Shown: positions 36,395 through 46,191, counted from the first letter of the stretch. The stretch: DNA of 64,000 nucleotides from Bacteroidales bacterium (GCA_015061245.1 SUWY01000010.1:1301-65300); one strand, 5' to 3'. Notes: generated by a model not told the origin, from the sequence alone. Made by a program: numbers and translations.

Positions 36395-38131
36395 ATGAGT
36401 AATGTTATAGTTGTGAAAGGTGGTAGATGTGTACGGATTTTAGTGGTAAGTGCTCTATTGATAGCACTTGCTGCTTTTTTTGTTGGTTGTAGTAAAGAAA
36501 ATAGACGACCTAAAACGGTACCATCAACTCCAATCGTAATTGATTTCCAGGCACTATTTACAAAATCGGTGCAAGCTATAATGGAGACTCGATATACCGA
36601 TGCTGTAAGACTCTTCGACGCAGCAGAAAATCATGCTGTTAATTTGCCGCCAAGAGCAAAAGCTGCCTATTTGATTCAAAGAGCGCAGGCAGAAGCAATG
36701 CTTTTTCGTGGTCATGAAGCTAATAAACATTTGACAGAGGCTGATTCAATCACCCGAAGATATGGACTTGACTCTTTGCGTTGTCTGATGTATAATGCCT
36801 ATGGTATTATGGCTCAAAATACCGAATCAGATAGATATGCAGCGCTGGAGTACTATATACAAGGAATAAATTTGGCAAGGGCTGTAGGATATGACTATAT
36901 GAGAGCCATATTATCGACAAATGCGGCATGGCTCTTTTTGTTGGATCGTGATATGAGTGGTTTAGTCTATGCCGAGTGGTGTTATAATTATGCGTTAGAG
37001 AATAAAATTGATAATGCAATATATTGTGGAGCTCTTACTACTGCTCAATTCTATACACTGCAGAATAGATTAGATGAGTCTGAAGAACTGTTGAATGTTG
37101 CCAAGGAGGCTGCAGAGAGGTGTGCTGTGGCAGATTTGACAGAGCTATACATGGCTTATGGAGATTGTTATGCTGCGATGGGTGAAGATGAATTGGCCCA
37201 TGAAAATTTTAATAAAGCAATATCATACAGTCATGTAGCAATGGTTGATTATACATTCTTTGCCTATGTTCACTATGCAGATTATCTATTAACAAGTAGC
37301 AGGTATACCGATGCCATTACAAATATGAGTAGAGGTTTAGAGTATGTCATGCACCACCATCTTCAGGTAGAGCGCCCGCGAGCATATAATATAATGGCGT
37401 CGGCTTATGACAAACTAGGTCGAAGCGATAGTGCCTCATACTACCGCAATCGTTCATCTTTAGAGAGTGAATCTCTTCACAGACGTGATTTAAGTAACGT
37501 TAAGAAGAATCTGATTACAAAATATGAGCATGAACATAGGTTGGAAATTGCAGAGATGGAGTTGAAAACCATGCGAGAGCGCTTGTGGCTCTATATCACA
37601 ATATTTGTTTTGATGTTTGTCGCTTTGTTTGTATCAATTATTTCTAGAAATAGAAAGGTAAGATTGTATAAGCAGTTGGTTGCTCGTGAGGTTGAGTGGA
37701 ATAAAGAGAAGAGCAGATTAGAGCAAAGGGAGGTTGTATCCTCTGCAAATGAGGAGATTGCTGAGGGTAAGGTAAGTGATAATGATAAACTGCTATTTGA
37801 CAAAATTGATAAAAAGATGAGGGTTGAGAAGTTATATAAAGATCCCTATTTAGGACGTGATAAATTAGCAGAACTTCTTCAAACCAACAGAACTTATATA
37901 TCGAAGGCTATTAATAGCGTAAGGGGAGAATCAGTCTCAAAATATATAGCAATGTATAGATTGGAGGCAGCAAGTAAAGCGTTATCTGATGTTGATGATA
38001 ATACCCCTATTAAAGATATTGCTGCAGAGTTAGGATTTACATCGTTAAGTACATTTTACTCTTTATTTAAGGAGAGGTATGAAATGTCTCCCGATAAGTT
38101 TCGTAAATATGCACGTGAGCATGAAGAGTAG
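36395..38131 (+). CDS. Membrane-anchored one-component regulator: N-terminal signal/lipobox, TPR-like extracytoplasmic region, one TM helix, coiled coil, C-terminal AraC-type HTH
   Basis: 578 aa. ALAAFFVGCSKEN near the N-terminus. TM segment LWLYITIFVLMFVALFVSIIS at about aa 395-415. The C-terminal roughly 100 aa fit the AraC/XylS HTH pattern (LAELLQTNRTYISKAI...IKDIAAELGFTSLSTFYSLFKERYEMSPDKFR). Confidence 0.75.
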   Translation: MSNVIVVKGGRCVRILVVSALLIALAAFFVGCSKENRRPKTVPSTPIVIDFQALFTKSVQAIMETRYTDAVRLFDAAENHAVNLPPRAKAAYLIQRAQAEAMLFRGHEANKHLTEADSITRRYGLDSLRCLMYNAYGIMAQNTESDRYAALEYYIQGINLARAVGYDYMRAILSTNAAWLFLLDRDMSGLVYAEWCYNYALENKIDNAIYCGALTTAQFYTLQNRLDESEELLNVAKEAAERCAVADLTELYMAYGDCYAAMGEDELAHENFNKAISYSHVAMVDYTFFAYVHYADYLLTSSRYTDAITNMSRGLEYVMHHHLQVERPRAYNIMASAYDKLGRSDSASYYRNRSSLESESLHRRDLSNVKKNLITKYEHEHRLEIAEMELKTMRERLWLYITIFVLMFVALFVSIISRNRKVRLYKQLVAREVEWNKEKSRLEQREVVSSANEEIAEGKVSDNDKLLFDKIDKKMRVEKLYKDPYLGRDKLAELLQTNRTYISKAINSVRGESVSKYIAMYRLEAASKALSDVDDNTPIKDIAAELGFTSLSTFYSLFKERYEMSPDKFRKYAREHEE

Positions 38132-38142
38132 TGTATGATTCT

Positions 38143-38199
38143 TATTTTGGCAATTGGCAAATTAGGAGTTGACATAGAGATCTTTTTTATCTTACTTTG
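38143..38199 (+). promoter_or_regulatory. Promoter with conserved 22-nt upstream box TATTTTGGCAATTGGCAAATTA, -33 TTG (38169-38171) and -7 TTACTTTG (38192-38199)
   Basis: One of three copies with identical internal spacing (see findings). Confidence 0.6.
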
Positions 38200-38225
38200 C
38201 TCAAAATTTAAAACTTGTAGATGAT

Positions 38226-39377
38226 ATGTTTAAAAAGAGCACATTTTGGATAGTGGGAGTTATATTTGCGTTATGCGCATGTAGCACTACACAAAAATCT
38301 TATACATTAACAGGTACTGTTAATGGAGTTGTTGATGGTACAATAGTAGAGATTATTCCTACAGCTACACATCAAGATGAAAAACCAATTGCTATAGTTG
38401 AGATAAATGGAGGGAAGTTTATTGCAACCGGTAGTGTAGAGTTTCCTATAGCTTGTCTATTGCATATAGGTGAGAATGGTTATCATACATTTATGCTTGA
38501 GAACTCAGACATTATTGCTGATGTTAAACTTAGTGATGATGGTTATGTAAGCTCTGCTGATATTCAGGGCTCTCAGAGTAATGATGTTTTTGAGAAAAAA
38601 ATGGCTTTCCGTGATACTTTAAATGATATGCATGCAAAGTATCATGAGGAGTATAGTAAAGCTATAGCTGCAGCAGATGCTGAACCAAATAAGGAAAAGG
38701 CTGCCAAGATGAAGCAGGAGGCTTATCAGGTTATGGCAAAGGCTGAAGGCGATTTCTTTGATAATGTTGAGGTTGTGATGATGCGTAACTTCCGTGCTAA
38801 TGGTGATGATTTTTGGGGACCTCTTTTGGTACTTCATAATATGAACTATTTTACTGAGGGAGATACAACATTTATTAATCTTTATAACTCATTCTCAGAT
38901 AAAGCAAAAGAGAGTTATTATGGTCAAGCATTGAAGAGAGAGTTGTTCCCTCCAACTTTAGTTGGCAAACAGGTTCCTGAAATGACCGGAATAGACAAAA
39001 ATGGTGTAGAACAATCATTAAAGGAGCTATGCAAGGGTAAGAAATATGTTGTAATCGACTTTTGGGCAAGTTGGTGCGGTCCTTGTAGAAAATCTATTCC
39101 TGCTTTGAAAGAGTTCTATGCAAAATATGCACCCAAAGGAGTTGAGATTATAGGAATCTCTATAGATAAGCGCGAGGCAGATTGGAAAAAAGCTTTGGAG
39201 CAAGAGCAGTTGCCTTGGCCAAATATCTTGGATAATCAAAGTGTGAATTCATCACTATTCCTTGTTCGTGCAGTTCCAACCATGTATGTGGTTGATGAGA
39301 ATGGCATTGTTCAGAGTAAGGACTTCTATGATGCAGATGAACGAGCTAAATGGTGTGAGATTTTTGACAAATTGTAA
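38226..39377 (+). CDS. TlpA/AhpC-TSA-family thiol:disulfide oxidoreductase lipoprotein with DUF4369-like N-domain (paralog 1)
   Basis: 383 aa. Lipobox FALCAC; thioredoxin active site WASWCGPC. Confidence 0.85.
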   Translation: MFKKSTFWIVGVIFALCACSTTQKSYTLTGTVNGVVDGTIVEIIPTATHQDEKPIAIVEINGGKFIATGSVEFPIACLLHIGENGYHTFMLENSDIIADVKLSDDGYVSSADIQGSQSNDVFEKKMAFRDTLNDMHAKYHEEYSKAIAAADAEPNKEKAAKMKQEAYQVMAKAEGDFFDNVEVVMMRNFRANGDDFWGPLLVLHNMNYFTEGDTTFINLYNSFSDKAKESYYGQALKRELFPPTLVGKQVPEMTGIDKNGVEQSLKELCKGKKYVVIDFWASWCGPCRKSIPALKEFYAKYAPKGVEIIGISIDKREADWKKALEQEQLPWPNILDNQSVNSSLFLVRAVPTMYVVDENGIVQSKDFYDADERAKWCEIFDKL

Positions 39378-39418
39378 GAGTTGTTTTCTATTATAGTTTT
39401 ATTCGTTAGTATTTGAGT

Positions 39419-39457
39419 CGTGGGGAGCGTCGTGAGATGTCTCCCCACGTTTTGTAT
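39419..39457 (+). terminator. Intrinsic terminator after TlpA paralog 1
   Basis: Hairpin cgtggggag-N13-ctccccacg followed by ttttgtatt. Confidence 0.6.
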
Positions 39458-39490
39458 TACCTGAGTTTCAGTGAATTAATGTGAGAGTGT

Positions 39491-39547
39491 TATTTTGACA
39501 ATTGGCAAATTACTAATTGTGAATATAGTCTCTTTAAGTTTACTTTG
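39491..39547 (+). promoter_or_regulatory. Promoter with conserved 22-nt box TATTTTGACAATTGGCAAATTA, -33 TTG (39517-39519) and -7 TTACTTTG (39540-39547)
   Basis: Second copy, with the same spacing as at 38143. Confidence 0.6.
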
Positions 39548-39574
39548 CGATGTTATAAAATTTAAAATTATAGA

Positions 39575-40726
39575 ATGAAACAGAGAATGGTAATATGGGC
39601 AATTGGCCTATTGTTGGTATTTGGTTCATGTGGAACTAATTCCAAATCCTACGTGCTGAGTGGAGAAATTAGTGGAGTTAAGGATGGGGCAATTATAGAG
39701 ATAATTCCATCGGCAACACATAAGAGTGAAAATCCAATTGCGGTAGATACCGTTAAGAATGGGGCATTTGAAATTATAGGGGCGGTTGATCAGCCAACGG
39801 CTTGTATTGTTCGAGTGAATGATAAGGGATATTATCGTTTTATGCTTGAAAATGCGAATATCACAATGAATATAGCGGTTGGCGAGAACGGAAATTATGA
39901 AACCGTAGAGGTGTTAGGCTCTCCATATACCGATATATATAAACAGAAGATGTACTTTAGAGACTCAATGGATGCCCTTCGAGATAAATATATAGAAAAA
40001 TATTATCAAGAGGTGGCTAAGGCCGATGCTGAGCCGGACAAAACAAAAGCAGAAGAGATAAGAAAAGCTGCCTATGATGCGAGAAATGAGGCAGACTCAA
40101 AGTTTATTGAGGAGTTTAATAGAGTTGCGTACAAAAACTATGAGGCTAATGGCGATGATTTCTGGGGGCCACTTGTAATACTATGTAATAGAGCGTATTT
40201 TCGTCCGGAGGAACCAGAGTTACAGGTGATATACGAGGGTTTTTCTAATAAGGCAAAAGAGAGTTACTATGGACAAATATTAAAAGGGCAACTCTATCCA
40301 CCAACTCTTGTTGGAAATGCACTCCCTGATATGAATGCAATTGATAAGAATGGGGTACAACAATCTTTAAAGGAGTTGTGTAAAGGTAATAAGTATGTTA
40401 TTATCGATTTCTGGGCAAGTTGGTGTGGCCCGTGCAGACGATCAATACCTGCGCTCAAAGAATTTTATGCTAAATATGCTCCCAAAGGAGTTGAGATAAT
40501 TGGTATCTCGATTGATAAGCGTGAGGCTGATTGGCAGAAGGCTTTAGAGCAAGAGCAGTTGCCCTGGCCCAATATTTTGGATGTAGAGTATGTAAACGGA
40601 ACAAAGTTCTACGTTAAATCGATCCCAACTATGTTGGTGGTTGATGAAAATGGAGTAGTTCAAAGTAACAAGTTCTATGACCAAGAGGAGCGTGCAAAAT
40701 GGTGTGAAATATTTGATAAGCTATAA
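39575..40726 (+). CDS. TlpA/AhpC-TSA-family thiol:disulfide oxidoreductase lipoprotein with DUF4369-like N-domain (paralog 2)
   Basis: 383 aa. Lipobox VFGSCG; WASWCGPC. The C-terminal domain is nearly identical in protein sequence to paralog 1. Confidence 0.85.
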   Translation: MKQRMVIWAIGLLLVFGSCGTNSKSYVLSGEISGVKDGAIIEIIPSATHKSENPIAVDTVKNGAFEIIGAVDQPTACIVRVNDKGYYRFMLENANITMNIAVGENGNYETVEVLGSPYTDIYKQKMYFRDSMDALRDKYIEKYYQEVAKADAEPDKTKAEEIRKAAYDARNEADSKFIEEFNRVAYKNYEANGDDFWGPLVILCNRAYFRPEEPELQVIYEGFSNKAKESYYGQILKGQLYPPTLVGNALPDMNAIDKNGVQQSLKELCKGNKYVIIDFWASWCGPCRRSIPALKEFYAKYAPKGVEIIGISIDKREADWQKALEQEQLPWPNILDVEYVNGTKFYVKSIPTMLVVDENGVVQSNKFYDQEERAKWCEIFDKL

Positions 40727-40843
40727 GGTTGTAAAGTATCATACTTAAACATATAGATAATTATTTGGTAATCTTTAAGCATAGAAGAAGGTATTGTTTT
40801 GATTCTAAGATGCAGATTGTTAAGTAATTGTATATGTATCTGC

Positions 40844-40900
40844 TATTTTGGCAATTGACAAATTAAGTATTGTAGGCCTTTTTGAATTATATTTCCTTTG
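40844..40900 (+). promoter_or_regulatory. Promoter with conserved 22-nt box TATTTTGGCAATTGACAAATTA, -33 TTG (40870-40872) and -7 TTCCTTTG (40893-40900)
   Basis: Third copy, in front of the SusC-like operon, with the same spacing. Confidence 0.6.
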
Positions 40901-40931
40901 TGAAAAATTACTTTTTTTAACATAACCAAAA

Positions 40932-43900
40932 ATGAGTACAAAAATGAAAATGCAAAACAGCTGGTTAAAGGTGCCTAAATGTTTAGTTGCACTTTTGACT
41001 ATCATTTCTCTGATGTGCTCCCTAAATTATGGCGTAAGCGCCCAAAGTGGAGTGCGTACAATTACCGGAGTTGTTAAAGATATCCGCGGCGAGGTTATCC
41101 CAGGAGCTTCAGTGATTGTTGTGGTAGAGAAAGATCAACCGATTAGAGGAACTGCAACCGATGAGAATGGTGCATTCAAGTTGTCAGTAACCTCAATGGA
41201 CAAAGCGTTCGAAGTGTCATTCGTTGGAATGGAGACACAGCAGGTTTCAATTACATCTTCAAATGAGTATACTGTAGTTATGGACGAGGACTCACAATTG
41301 TTGAAAGATGTTGTTGTAACGGGAGTTTTTGAGCGTAAGGCAAACAGCTACACCGGAGCTGTAACGACAGTAAGTGCCGAGGATTTGCAATTGGTGGGTA
41401 ACACTAACGTATTGCAGAGTTTGTCTGTTATAGATCCATCGTTCATGATTGTTGAGAATCTATCTGCAGGATCTAACCCAAATGCTCTTCCTGAGATTCA
41501 GATGCGTGGTCAGTCAGGATTTGATAACAATGAGCCTTTGTTTATTCTTGACGGATTTGAGACAACTTTGACAGCGATTATGGATCTTGACATGAATATG
41601 GTAAATAGTGTTACCTTGTTGAAGGATGCTACTGCAAAAGCTATTTATGGTGCTAAGGCTGCTAACGGAGTTGTAGTTGTTGAGACAAAACGTCCAGAGA
41701 AGGGTAAGTTGAGAGTCAGCTATACAGGAAGCGTTGATGTTGAGACACCGGATTTGAGCAGTTACAACTTGACAAATGCTGAGGAGAAGTTGCAGGCAGA
41801 GAAGTTGGCAGGTTTCTATACTTCAGAGAATGCTATGACTCAAATTAGCCTTGATCAGACATATACAAAGATGCTTCAGAAAATTGAGGCTGGTGTAAAT
41901 ACAGACTGGATGGCTCAACCATTGAGAAACGGTGTGGGTCAGAAACACTCAGTATATCTTGATGGAGGTGATGGGGCAACTACATACCAGGCTAACCTTG
42001 CATACAATCAGGTAAATGGAGTTATGGATGAGTCATATCGTAAGACTATCAATGGATCGTTGTCAATTGTTTATCGAACCGATAAGTTTATGTTCAGAAA
42101 TAAACTTAGTGTTGATGATAACAGAACACAGGAGTCACCATACGGAACATTTGCTCAATATACTCTTATGAACCCTTATAATGAGTTGGAGGATGAAAGT
42201 GGTCAGATGCCTGAGATGTACACTGGTATTGTTACTCAATACAACCCATTGCACAATGGTAAGATTGGCTCATACAATAAGACGAACTACACAAGTGTAA
42301 CAAACAATACATATCTGGAGTATCGTCCAATTGAGCCTTTGAGAATTACTGCTCAATTCGGAGTTACCGTTAAAAATTCTGGAGCAGATAACTTCAAGCC
42401 TGCAGCACATACAGACTTCTTGTCATATACAGGAGATAAGCTATATCGTGCAGGTTCATACTACGATATGAACAGAAAGGATAATAGTTGGACAGCACAG
42501 GTTGGTGTTCAGTACTCTTTGACAAAGGATAAACACCTATTCTTCGTAAACGGTCAGGTTAATGCAAGCCAGACTAAATATACATACAGCACAATGAATG
42601 CTGAGGGATTCCCAAATAAGAATCTGTCTCACGTATCTTCTGCTGTTCAGTATGCAGAGAATACAACACCTGGTGGTGGAGAGGGAATCTATCGTGATTT
42701 TGGATTCATCGCATCAGCTAACTACTCATTTGATGAGAAGTATTTGTTCGATGCCAACTTGCGTTTGACCGGTTCTTCTCAGTTTGGAGCAGATAATCGT
42801 TGGGGATTGTTCTGGTCATTGGGAGCAGGATGGAATGTTCACCGCGAGAACTTCTTGAAAGAGTCAACATGGTTGGAGCGTTTGAAGATTCGTTTCTCAA
42901 CAGGTTATACCGGATCACAAGGATTCAACACATACGATGCAATTGCAACTTTGAACTACAACATGGATGCACAATATAATGGAATGTTGGGTTCATACGT
43001 AACACGTTTGGCAAATCCAAGTTTGCAGTGGCAGAAAAAGTATGATACTAACGTAGGAGTTGACTTTTCGGTACTTAATGGTATCGTTTCTGGACGTTTC
43101 GATTGGTATAAGGCAACAACTAAGGGTTTGACTACATCAATTACAACTCCAGGTTCTACAGGATTTGTAAGTTATGTTGATAACCTTGGAGAGTCTGAGA
43201 ATAAGGGATATGAGGCCTATTTGAATGTACGTTTGTGGCAGCAGCCTCGCTCAAGAAGCTTTGTAAGTATCTACTCTTCATTGGCATCTAATACAAATAC
43301 CTTGAAGAAGATTGCCAACTCATTGAAGCAGCAGAATGATATGTCTGATGCAGCAATGAATGATACAAAGAGTGTTAACCTTGCAACTCGTTACGAGGAG
43401 GGACAATCTTTGAATACTATTTGGGCTGTTAAGTCATTAGGTATTGATCCTCAGTCTGGTAGAGAGTTGTATGTAAGACCTGACGGTTCTTTGACATACG
43501 AGTGGAATGCTGCAGATCAAGTGGCATGTGGTATTGATCTTCCAAAGATTTCAGGAAACTTTGGTTTGAATGCAGAGTGCCACGGAGCCGGAATCAATAT
43601 GACATTCACATATAGAACCGGAGGTCAGATGTATAACAGTACATTGGTATCAAAGGTAGAGAATGCAAATGTTCGTTACAATGTTGATAAGCGAGTTTTG
43701 ACCGACCGTTGGAGTAAACCAGGCGATGAGGTTCGTTTCAAATCAATTGCTGACCAGTCAGCAACTCAGCCAACTTCTCGTTTTGTAGAGGATTACACTT
43801 TGGTAAACTTCGCTACAATGAGTGTTTACTACGATTTCCGTGAGTGTAACTTTGTTAAGAACTCATTCTTGCAGAAGTTGAAAGCTACATTCTATGTGAA

Positions 43901-43994
43901 TGATTTGGCTACATGGTCATCAGTTAAGGTTGAGAGAGGTACTGCATATCCATATGCTCACACATACTCATTCTCTCTATCTGCAACATTTTAA
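40932..43994 (+). CDS. SusC/RagA-family TonB-dependent outer-membrane transporter
   Basis: 1020 aa. Signal peptide, CarboxypepD_reg domain (ITGVVKDIRGEVIPGASVIVV), TonB-box/plug (DVVVTGVFERK..., LFILDGFE, LKDATAKAIYGAKAANGVVVVETKRP), and a C-terminal aromatic residue. No STN/anti-sigma signalling domain is visible. Confidence 0.9.
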   Translation: MSTKMKMQNSWLKVPKCLVALLTIISLMCSLNYGVSAQSGVRTITGVVKDIRGEVIPGASVIVVVEKDQPIRGTATDENGAFKLSVTSMDKAFEVSFVGMETQQVSITSSNEYTVVMDEDSQLLKDVVVTGVFERKANSYTGAVTTVSAEDLQLVGNTNVLQSLSVIDPSFMIVENLSAGSNPNALPEIQMRGQSGFDNNEPLFILDGFETTLTAIMDLDMNMVNSVTLLKDATAKAIYGAKAANGVVVVETKRPEKGKLRVSYTGSVDVETPDLSSYNLTNAEEKLQAEKLAGFYTSENAMTQISLDQTYTKMLQKIEAGVNTDWMAQPLRNGVGQKHSVYLDGGDGATTYQANLAYNQVNGVMDESYRKTINGSLSIVYRTDKFMFRNKLSVDDNRTQESPYGTFAQYTLMNPYNELEDESGQMPEMYTGIVTQYNPLHNGKIGSYNKTNYTSVTNNTYLEYRPIEPLRITAQFGVTVKNSGADNFKPAAHTDFLSYTGDKLYRAGSYYDMNRKDNSWTAQVGVQYSLTKDKHLFFVNGQVNASQTKYTYSTMNAEGFPNKNLSHVSSAVQYAENTTPGGGEGIYRDFGFIASANYSFDEKYLFDANLRLTGSSQFGADNRWGLFWSLGAGWNVHRENFLKESTWLERLKIRFSTGYTGSQGFNTYDAIATLNYNMDAQYNGMLGSYVTRLANPSLQWQKKYDTNVGVDFSVLNGIVSGRFDWYKATTKGLTTSITTPGSTGFVSYVDNLGESENKGYEAYLNVRLWQQPRSRSFVSIYSSLASNTNTLKKIANSLKQQNDMSDAAMNDTKSVNLATRYEEGQSLNTIWAVKSLGIDPQSGRELYVRPDGSLTYEWNAADQVACGIDLPKISGNFGLNAECHGAGINMTFTYRTGGQMYNSTLVSKVENANVRYNVDKRVLTDRWSKPGDEVRFKSIADQSATQPTSRFVEDYTLVNFATMSVYYDFRECNFVKNSFLQKLKATFYVNDLATWSSVKVERGTAYPYAHTYSFSLSATF

Positions 43995-44010
43995 TTAAAG
44001 GTTAGTGAAT

Positions 44011-45465
44011 ATGAAGTTAGTTAATAAAATAAGTACTTTAGCTGTTGTAGCACTTGGAACATTTGCTTTAAGTGGTTGCAACGATTGGTTCGATGCTCGT
44101 TCAGAGTCTGAGATCTATGCAGAGGAGCACTTTGCGAACCAGAGCGGATTTGCAGATCAATTGACAGGTGCATACACCTCAATGATCTCTACTTCACTAT
44201 ATGGAATGAATAGTACTTTCGGATTGATGGAGGTGCTTTCACAAAACTATGATATCAATACCTCAAACTCAACATATACAACTGCTGCATCATATGATTA
44301 TGAGGCTGTAGCTGTTAAGAGTATGATTGAGAATATGTGGAATAAGTCATACAATGTTATTGCAAACTTGAATCTTATGTTGCAGTACATTGATAATGGA
44401 ACATATTTTGATCAGGGTAACTACGAGATGTATAAAGGAGCCGCATTAGGTTTGCGTGCATTTTTGCATTTCGATTTGATGCGTCAGTTTGCTCCAATGC
44501 CAAAGAGTGAGCCTAATACGTTGTCTATTCCATACGTTAAGGAGTATACAACTCAGGTAACTCCTCAGTCAACAGTTGCTGAGAATATGGCAAATATCAA
44601 AGCTGATTTGAAGGCTGCAATGGAGTTGTTGCAGGTAGATCCGATTTACACATCAACTGCAGATAGCGCATATTATGTAAGAAGCGATGCTCAGATTCGT
44701 TTTAATTACTATGCAGCATTGGCAACTCTTGCTCGCGTGTACCAGTGGGAGGGCAATATTGATAGTGCAAGAATCTGTGCAGAGCAGGTAATTAATGATG
44801 ATAAGTTCTCATGGGTTCACTATACTTCAGTAACAACATCTCATGCTTATGAGCGTGACGTATTGTTCTCGCCTGAGCATATCTTCCGTTTGTATTACTA
44901 CGATATGGAGAGTGCAGCAAACAACTATTTCCATACCTATTCTGGTCAGGAGAATCCAAATTTGTTGTCTCCAAATGAGGCTAAGATTCTTGATATCTAT
45001 GAGGTAAATACCGCTGCATTAGGAGGAGATTATCGTAATCAATATTGGTATATTTACGATGGTGGAGCTGAGAGATGTCTGGCTAAATTCTGGCAACCGG
45101 AGGGAGGAAGATACCTAAACCAAATGCCTCTAATCAGAAAGAGCGAGATGTACTATATTGCTGCAGAGAGTTATGCTAATAGTGATCCAAACTATGCTGC
45201 AAAATTGTTGAATGAGGTTCGTGCAAACAGAGGTTTGGCAAATGAGACAATTCCTATCTTGGATACTTTGAATGCAACTCCTGAGTATATCAATAATGAG
45301 GTTTACAAAGAGATGCGTAAGGAGTTAATAGGAGAGGGACAGATGTTCTACTACTATAAGAGACATGGATACGAGACAATACCGGGTTCTGCTGTAAGTG
45401 CAGGTCGCGATGTATATGTATTCGATATGCCTGAGAATGAGATAGAGTTTGGTGATCGTAAATAA
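44011..45465 (+). CDS. SusD/RagB-family nutrient-binding outer-membrane lipoprotein
   Basis: Lipobox FALSGCNDW. The position immediately after SusC, the length and TPR-like helical composition fit the family. The ORF track starts at a GTG at 44005; the ATG at 44011 (MKLVNK...) is preferred. Confidence 0.85.
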   Translation: MKLVNKISTLAVVALGTFALSGCNDWFDARSESEIYAEEHFANQSGFADQLTGAYTSMISTSLYGMNSTFGLMEVLSQNYDINTSNSTYTTAASYDYEAVAVKSMIENMWNKSYNVIANLNLMLQYIDNGTYFDQGNYEMYKGAALGLRAFLHFDLMRQFAPMPKSEPNTLSIPYVKEYTTQVTPQSTVAENMANIKADLKAAMELLQVDPIYTSTADSAYYVRSDAQIRFNYYAALATLARVYQWEGNIDSARICAEQVINDDKFSWVHYTSVTTSHAYERDVLFSPEHIFRLYYYDMESAANNYFHTYSGQENPNLLSPNEAKILDIYEVNTAALGGDYRNQYWYIYDGGAERCLAKFWQPEGGRYLNQMPLIRKSEMYYIAAESYANSDPNYAAKLLNEVRANRGLANETIPILDTLNATPEYINNEVYKEMRKELIGEGQMFYYYKRHGYETIPGSAVSAGRDVYVFDMPENEIEFGDRK

Positions 45466-45477
45466 AAAAAGAATATT

Positions 45478-46191
45478 ATGAAACTAAATAAAATTTTGGG
45501 CGCTACAGCTCTTTTATTGGCTCTTTTCTCATGCGAGAATGATCCATATCGTTGGGAGGGTTCTGCGTACGCAAGAATTGTAGGTCCTGAGAATTGGACA
45601 TTGCAGACCGACTCAATGGAGTTTACCTTTGCAAGATATGCAACCGATGTTACAGAGTATGTTGTAAATGCTGAAATTAAGTTAATAGGTATTGCAGCCG
45701 ATTATGATCGCAATGTTGTGTTGAAGGTTGCTGATGAGCAGACTACTGCAGAGAGTGCTATGTACTCTTTTGAGACAAATGTTGTAGTTCCGGCTGGAGA
45801 GGTGGTTGCTCCATGTGACATTACATTAAAGCGTTCTGCGAAGTTGCAGGATTCAACTTATCGTTTGAAGATTGTGGTTACCGATGAGGGTGAAATAACT
45901 TCAGGTGTTGGAGAGTGGAATCAGTTGACAATTATCTTCTCAGATCAGTTGGCTAAACCAACAAACTGGGATGAGTATTTGTCTCAGTTCTTTGGCGAGT
46001 ATAGCGAGGTTAAGTATAGATTTATTATCTCTACAACCGGAGTAACAGAATTTACATACGGTCAAGAGGGTGGTATGACTTGGGGAGAGATGTATAACTT
46101 CTCTGTAACTATGGCGAATGCCTTGGAGGAGTACAACGAAACTCATGCAACTCCTATGACTGATGAGAATGGTAAACTTGTAACCTTCTAA
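45478..46191 (+). CDS. Surface lipoprotein, DUF4843-like (family call by context and size)
   Basis: 237 aa. Lipobox LALFSCEND. Third gene of the SusC/D operon, as in SusCD-DUF4843-PKD-like loci. Confidence 0.55.
   Translation: MKLNKILGATALLLALFSCENDPYRWEGSAYARIVGPENWTLQTDSMEFTFARYATDVTEYVVNAEIKLIGIAADYDRNVVLKVADEQTTAESAMYSFETNVVVPAGEVVAPCDITLKRSAKLQDSTYRLKIVVTDEGEITSGVGEWNQLTIIFSDQLAKPTNWDEYLSQFFGEYSEVKYRFIISTTGVTEFTYGQEGGMTWGEMYNFSVTMANALEEYNETHATPMTDENGKLVTF

Noticed and set aside
44005-44010. GTG start for the SusD-like gene given by the ORF track
   Set aside because: The ATG two codons downstream (44011) gives a standard lipoprotein signal peptide, MKLVNKISTLAVVALGTFALSGC.
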